DNA of 64,000 nt from NCBI GenBank assembly GCA_016187025.1, contig JACPKM010000004.1:35212-99211 (forward strand). Reading direction: 5' to 3'. The DNA is from Candidatus Daviesbacteria bacterium. Its GTDB lineage: Bacteria; Patescibacteriota; Microgenomatia; Daviesbacterales; UBA10151. The position numbers and the translations under genes are program-made. Below the pieces are notes generated by a model, which saw only the letters and a program-made list of their open reading frames with translations, made no database searches and had not been told where the DNA came from. Positions 59,294-64,000 of the stretch are shown piece by piece (position 1 is the stretch's first letter; the number at the start of each line of letters is the position of its first letter).

Positions 59294-59962
59294 ATGCCAC
59301 GAACCTCTACAAATATTAATACATCTGCTTTTGATTTAATAGGTGCATTACCTGACTGGGCAATAAGAGAACATATTAAAGAAGGAATAATAAAAATAGA
59401 CCCACTACCTGATAATTGGGAAGAAAAACTTGATGAGGTGACGATTGATTTTCATCTGGGTTCGGTTTTAAAGGTGTTTACAAATGAGGGGCTAAATACG
59501 ATTGATACCCGTTTCACATCCAAAGAGGATATGGAGAAAATGATGAAAATTATTGAGCTAAAGCCTGGTCAACCGTTTATTTTAACTGAAAATGATTTTG
59601 TTATTGCCACTACCAAAGAAAAGTTAACTATTCCTGAGGATATTATTGGTCATTTACATGGTAAGTCTTCTTTGGCAAGGCTTGGTATTGTAGTGCACTC
59701 TACTGCTGCCAGATTTGATCCAGGGTGGGATGGCTGCCCGGTTTTGGAATTTGGAACATTTCTAAAGGGTAAAAAGATAGTAATTTATGAAGGAGCCCCA
59801 ATTTGTGCTTTTTCCTTTGAAAAAATGTCAGCAAGAACAGAAAAATCATATAAAGACAATCCTTTCACATACAGTGGCTCAAGGCTTCCAGAAGTATCAA
59901 ATATATCCAGGTTGACAGCTGGGAAAGGAGCAAAAGGAAATGGCCGTCCTAGGGTTAGATGA
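59294..59962 (+). CDS. dcd: dCTP deaminase / dUTPase-fold protein (copy 1)
   Basis: IDPGWDG...LEFG motif region of the dCTP deaminase/dUTPase superfamily. Confidence 0.7.
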   Translation: MPRTSTNINTSAFDLIGALPDWAIREHIKEGIIKIDPLPDNWEEKLDEVTIDFHLGSVLKVFTNEGLNTIDTRFTSKEDMEKMMKIIELKPGQPFILTENDFVIATTKEKLTIPEDIIGHLHGKSSLARLGIVVHSTAARFDPGWDGCPVLEFGTFLKGKKIVIYEGAPICAFSFEKMSARTEKSYKDNPFTYSGSRLPEVSNISRLTAGKGAKGNGRPRVR

Positions 59963-60506
59963 AGTTCTAAAGTTGGTCAAGGAGGAGAATTTAGTAGAGG
60001 ACTTGGGAGACAGAGAATTAAACAATCCTGAAGGAGTAGGGGTAGATTTAAGAATTGGTGAGATACATAAAATTATTGAGGGTGGGGCTTTTATTGAAGC
60101 GGATGGGAAAAGCGGACTGGGAAAAAGGAAAGGTGTTAAAACAGAATTAATTGCAAAATATGATCCGAGCTCAGAAATACAAGAAGAAGTTGTAATTGAA
60201 CCTGGAGAATATTATTTGGTATCAACCGTCGAAAAAATAAATACACCAAAGAATTTAATGCCAATGGTATATCCAAGATCAACTCTTTTTAGAGCAGGAG
60301 TATTGCTTTTAAATACTAAAATTGATCCAGGATATAGCGGAAGCTTAACAGGAGGATTAATAAATCTTTCTAAGTTTCCACTAAAAATCCAAATGGGTGC
60401 AAGAATCTATAACTTAGTGTTTTATAAAATCGATGGAGAGATAGTTTCTTATAGAGGTCAGCATCAAGGAGGCAGAATCTCCTTTGAAGAAGAACAGCAA
60501 GTGTGA
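59940..60506 (+). CDS. dCTP deaminase / dUTPase-fold protein (copy 2, overlaps copy 1 by 23 nt)
   Basis: IDPGYSGSLTGGLINL motif. It is a tandem paralogue of copy 1 and could be the dUTPase step. Confidence 0.55.
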   Translation: MAVLGLDEVLKLVKEENLVEDLGDRELNNPEGVGVDLRIGEIHKIIEGGAFIEADGKSGLGKRKGVKTELIAKYDPSSEIQEEVVIEPGEYYLVSTVEKINTPKNLMPMVYPRSTLFRAGVLLLNTKIDPGYSGSLTGGLINLSKFPLKIQMGARIYNLVFYKIDGEIVSYRGQHQGGRISFEEEQQV

Positions 60507-60524
60507 GGCTATAATAAAAAAATT

Positions 60525-61517
60525 ATGAAAAATGGTAAGCAAAAGTTAAGACATCCAGAGTATCAGTATCTAGATCTTTTAGAAGAGATTTTAAAAACTG
60601 GTGTTAAAAAAGTTGATCGGGGTACAGATGTGGTGTTATATTCTTTGTTTGGTAAACAAACCCGTTATGATTTATCTCAAGGCTTTCCCCTGTTAACTAC
60701 CAAAAAGGTCTATTGGAAAGGTGTTTTACATGAGCTTTATTGGTTTATGTCAGGGCAGACCAATATTAAATATTTAGTAGATAATAATGTGCATATTTGG
60801 GACGATTATCCTTATAAATATTACCAGAGAGCTGTTAAATCCAAAAGGGAAAAGTCTTTAACCAAAGATGAATTTATAACGAAAGTTGCTACTAACAAAT
60901 CATTTGCCAAAACTTGGGGAAACTTGCCTAAAATCTATGGGGAGATGTGGAGGAGATGGCCCACCAGAAAGCCTAAAAAAACAGTTGATCAGCTAAAGTG
61001 GGCTTTGCAAGAACTAAAAGATGATCCTGATGCAAAAAATCTGATAGTCAACTCCTGGAACCCGGAATATTTATATACCATGGCAGATCATGAGGATGCA
61101 TCACTTTTTCCAATTTGTCACAATATGTATCAGTTTTCCAACAGAAACGGAAAACTATCTTTACAGCTTTACCAAAGAAGTGCAGACATATTCTTAGGAG
61201 TACCATTTAATATTGCAAGCTATGCTCTTTTGACAATAGTTTTGGCAAAGATTGCAGGACTTGAACCAGGGGAGTTTATTCATACTTTTGGAGATGTACA
61301 TATTTATGAAAATCATATTGAACAAGTTAAAGAGCAGCTAAAAAGAAAACCACGAAAATTTCCTACTGTAACAATTGATAACTCTGTCAAGAGTTTGGAA
61401 ACCTTCCACCCGGATGAGGTTACTCTAGAAAACTATGACCCTTATCCTATGCTCAAAGCCGAGCTTACTGTTGCCGGAGGATTATATGATCCCAAAACCG
61501 GTAAAATGGCAGTATAA
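60525..61517 (+). CDS. thyA: thymidylate synthase (ThyA type, with insertions)
   Basis: FPICHNMYQF (catalytic Cys), LQLYQRSADIFLGVPFNIASYALLT and DVHIYENH. Confidence 0.9.
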   Translation: MKNGKQKLRHPEYQYLDLLEEILKTGVKKVDRGTDVVLYSLFGKQTRYDLSQGFPLLTTKKVYWKGVLHELYWFMSGQTNIKYLVDNNVHIWDDYPYKYYQRAVKSKREKSLTKDEFITKVATNKSFAKTWGNLPKIYGEMWRRWPTRKPKKTVDQLKWALQELKDDPDAKNLIVNSWNPEYLYTMADHEDASLFPICHNMYQFSNRNGKLSLQLYQRSADIFLGVPFNIASYALLTIVLAKIAGLEPGEFIHTFGDVHIYENHIEQVKEQLKRKPRKFPTVTIDNSVKSLETFHPDEVTLENYDPYPMLKAELTVAGGLYDPKTGKMAV

Positions 61518-61519
61518 AT

Positions 61520-62002
61520 ATGAACAACCCTAAAATATCGATGATTGCAGCTATTGCATCTGGGAACAGAGCTTTGGGAAAAGATGGAGATTTAATCTAT
61601 AAAATTCCTGATGACTTAAAAAGATTTAGAGAAATAACCTCAGGGCATGCAATTATTATGGGAAGAAAAACATATGAAGCAATCGGGCGTCCCTTGCCAA
61701 ACCGCAAAAATATAATTATTACTAGAAACCCGGACTTAAAAGTGGAAGGATGTATTGTAGTAAATTCTTTAAACGAGGCTTTAGAAAAAGCTGAAGAAGA
61801 TAATGAAATATTCATAATAGGTGGAGGGGAAATTTTCAAACAAGCTTTCCTTATTGCCGATAAATTGTATCTAACAATAATAGAAGGTAACCCTGAAGCT
61901 GATGCATATTTTCCAGATTATCCGGAATTTAAAAAGGTAGTTTTTGAACAGGATCATGAGTGGAATGGATTAAAGTACAAATATATAGATCTGGAAAGAT
62001 AG
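61520..62002 (+). CDS. folA: dihydrofolate reductase
   Basis: ISMIAAIASGNRALGKDGDLIYKIPDDLKRFREITSGHAIIMGRKTYEAIGRPLPNR. Confidence 0.85.
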   Translation: MNNPKISMIAAIASGNRALGKDGDLIYKIPDDLKRFREITSGHAIIMGRKTYEAIGRPLPNRKNIIITRNPDLKVEGCIVVNSLNEALEKAEEDNEIFIIGGGEIFKQAFLIADKLYLTIIEGNPEADAYFPDYPEFKKVVFEQDHEWNGLKYKYIDLER

Positions 62003-62054
62003 ATTGACTTTTTGAACTTAACAAGCTAAACTTACCCCATTACACACTCGTAGC

Positions 62055-62831
62055 ATGAAAGTCTCTGATTCTACTTGCTACGGGGAGGAAAAGAGACTTA
62101 TGTATAAATTACCTAGTTTACAAGAATTATTAGAAGCCGGTGTTCACTTTGGACATCAGGTAAGACGCGGCCATCCTAGAATGCGCCCATTTCTCTATGG
62201 TGCACGCGATGGTGTCCATATTATTGATCTCACTCAATCAGAAAAACTTTTAAAAGAAGCCTGTGACTATGTCAATACACTGGGTAAAGAAGGTAAGGTG
62301 CTGCTTTTTGTCGGTACAAAAAAACAAGCAAGACCAATTGTTGAAGAAGCGTGTAAAAGAGTTGGTGCACCTTATATGGCAGAGCGGTGGATAAGTGGAT
62401 TTTTGACAAACTATGAAGAAATCTCCAAAAACATAAAAAAGCTGAAAGAGTTACAGGAACAAAAGGAAAAAGGAAAACTGTCAAAGTACACTAAAAAAGA
62501 ACAGCTTTTACTAGACAGACAAATGGAAAAGCTGAAAAGGGATTTTGCAGGTGTAATGGAGATGGATAGACTACCGGATGCTATCTTTATCTTAGATACA
62601 GTGGCTGATAATACTGCGGTAAGAGAGGCAGTAAGAAAAGGAATGCCAACCGTAGCTATATCAGATAGTAACTCTGATCCTACAATAATCAACTACCCTA
62701 TACCAGGAAATGATGATGCAATAAAATCTATAAAAGTGCTGGTGGAGGCTGTTGCAAATTCTTATGAAGAGGGTAAAAAAACAGCTTCAAAAAAGCAAGC
62801 AGAAGAAGCATTAAAAAAAGAAAAAGCTTAA
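62055..62831 (+). CDS. rpsB: 30S ribosomal protein S2 (true start may be the internal Met at ~62101)
   Basis: LLEAGVHFGHQVRRGHPRMRPFLYGARDGVHIIDL is a canonical S2 N-terminus. Confidence 0.9.
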   Translation: MKVSDSTCYGEEKRLMYKLPSLQELLEAGVHFGHQVRRGHPRMRPFLYGARDGVHIIDLTQSEKLLKEACDYVNTLGKEGKVLLFVGTKKQARPIVEEACKRVGAPYMAERWISGFLTNYEEISKNIKKLKELQEQKEKGKLSKYTKKEQLLLDRQMEKLKRDFAGVMEMDRLPDAIFILDTVADNTAVREAVRKGMPTVAISDSNSDPTIINYPIPGNDDAIKSIKVLVEAVANSYEEGKKTASKKQAEEALKKEKA

Positions 62832-62834
62832 GTT

Positions 62835-63290
62835 ATGGCAGTAGCTGTTGATGAAATTAAAAAATTAAGAGAAGAAACTGGAGCAGGTATTGCCGACTGT
62901 AAGGAGGCCCTGAGCTTGTCGAAGGGCAATTTTGATAAAGCAAAGGAGGTATTAGCACACAAGGGTTTTGATAAAGCAGGCGAGAAAGCAGAAAGAGATG
63001 TAAAAGCTGGGGTGGTTGAGGTTTATTCGCACGCAGGAAGAGTGGGGGTATTGGTTGAGGTTTTGTGTGAAACTGATTTTGTTGCCAAAACTGATGATTT
63101 TAAAAGCCTGGCTCATGAACTCGCTCTTCAAATTGCTTCCATGAACCCATCATCTGTTGAAGAGTTGTTAAACCAGGAGTATATTAGAGATAGCTCCCAG
63201 ACAATTGATCAGTTAGTTAAAGCGAAGGTAGGAAAGCTTGGGGAAAATATCCAAATAGGTAGGTTTGAAAGAATTGCCTTGGGAGATTAA
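62835..63290 (+). CDS. tsf: elongation factor Ts (short ~150-aa form)
   Basis: UBA-like N-terminus (IKKLREETGAGIADCKEAL) plus a single core domain. It follows rpsB. Confidence 0.8.
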   Translation: MAVAVDEIKKLREETGAGIADCKEALSLSKGNFDKAKEVLAHKGFDKAGEKAERDVKAGVVEVYSHAGRVGVLVEVLCETDFVAKTDDFKSLAHELALQIASMNPSSVEELLNQEYIRDSSQTIDQLVKAKVGKLGENIQIGRFERIALGD

Positions 63291-63845
63291 ATGGATCCAA
63301 CTCTGACGGAACCTGATCAAAAAATCCAAAGTGCTCTAGATTATTTTAAAGCTGATATGTCGGCGATTCGTGCTGGCAGAGCCAATCCTACATTGGTTGA
63401 AAACGTATCTGTTGAAGCATATGGTTCTAGGATGAAGCTGGTAGAGGTTGGTACAATTTCTGCTCCACAGCCTTCTTTACTAACAGTTCAAGTTTGGGAT
63501 GCATCAATTGTAACTAATGTTATAAAAGCTATCCAAGAGGCAAATTTAGGGTTAAATCCTTCCAATGAGGGTAATTTAGTAAGACTACCAATACCTCCTT
63601 TGACTGAGGAAAGAAGGCAAGAGTATGTCAAGCTTTTGCACCAGAAAATGGAAGATGCCAGGGTTCAAATCAGACAAATCAGGCAAGATACAAGAAATGG
63701 TTGGAAAAATCAAATGGATGCTGGAGAATTTGGAGAAGATGAGCTAGGAAGAAGAGAAAAGCTTTTGCAGGATTTAATAGACAAAAACATGCAAGAGATA
63801 GATCATTTGGGTAAGGCAAGAGAAGAAGAGCTTATGCAAATATAA
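63291..63845 (+). CDS. frr: ribosome recycling factor
   Basis: Full-length RRF similarity. Confidence 0.9.
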   Translation: MDPTLTEPDQKIQSALDYFKADMSAIRAGRANPTLVENVSVEAYGSRMKLVEVGTISAPQPSLLTVQVWDASIVTNVIKAIQEANLGLNPSNEGNLVRLPIPPLTEERRQEYVKLLHQKMEDARVQIRQIRQDTRNGWKNQMDAGEFGEDELGRREKLLQDLIDKNMQEIDHLGKAREEELMQI

Positions 63846-63875
63846 TATTCCCAGGGTAGTATATAATATATCTTC

Positions 63876-64000
63876 ATGTTAACTTCCGTAATAATTTTTA
63901 TCATCACACTGCTTTTTTTAGTTTTAATCCATGAACTTGGACATTTTCTGATGGCCAGAAAATTCAATATTAAAGTGGAAGAGTTTGGGTTTGGTATTCC
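63876..64000 (+). CDS. rseP: RseP-like site-2 protease (M50), N-terminal fragment; continues beyond window end
   Basis: Manual translation gives MLTSVIIFIITLLFLVLIHELGHFLMARKFNIKVEEFGFGI (HExxH within TM1). Confidence 0.55.
   Translation, partial: MLTSVIIFIITLLFLVLIHELGHFLMARKFNIKVEEFGFGI

Overview
This is an AT-rich bacterial window of roughly 38-40% GC. Most of it is core housekeeping loci: secE-nusG-rplK-rplA, rplJ-rplL, a reduced F-type ATPase operon, pyrDCBE, mreB, mreCD-pbp2, fmt-def, topA, and a pyrG-tmk-dcd-thyA-folA block followed by rpsB-tsf-frr-rseP. Inserted into and around these loci are accessory elements: a partial AbiEi/AbiEii toxin-antitoxin pair at the window start, a VapC plus Phd/YefM toxin-antitoxin pair fused to the head of secE, a secreted cysteine-rich modular protein, a dockerin-bearing secreted protein, a 2746-aa intein-containing fibre-like surface protein, and several blocks of unknown genes with elevated GC. 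I place three tRNAs on the minus strand, Trp(CCA), Thr(GGU) and Thr(UGU), together with a duplicated tRNA 5' fragment and two GC-elevated non-coding gaps that I could not classify. Overall the gene set resembles a small-genome Patescibacteria/CPR-type organism: short EF-Ts, extended L1, NusG and L7/L12 termini, weak Shine-Dalgarno sites, a giant surface protein with NVGIGTTSP repeats and a streamlined ATPase. That lineage assignment is an inference from gene content, not a database result. The three points I rank highest follow. First, the ATPase operon is reduced to c-like, alpha, gamma, beta and epsilon with no a, b or delta, and its c-like subunit carries a signal peptide and an extracytoplasmic domain and appears to lack the ion-binding carboxylate. 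Second, that operon sits in a ~15 kb block that splits the normally contiguous rplKA and rplJL genes. Third, a bona fide intein with a non-LAGLIDADG central domain lies inside a repeat-rich fibre-like protein that also carries a C-terminal tail-fibre S74-type chaperone domain.
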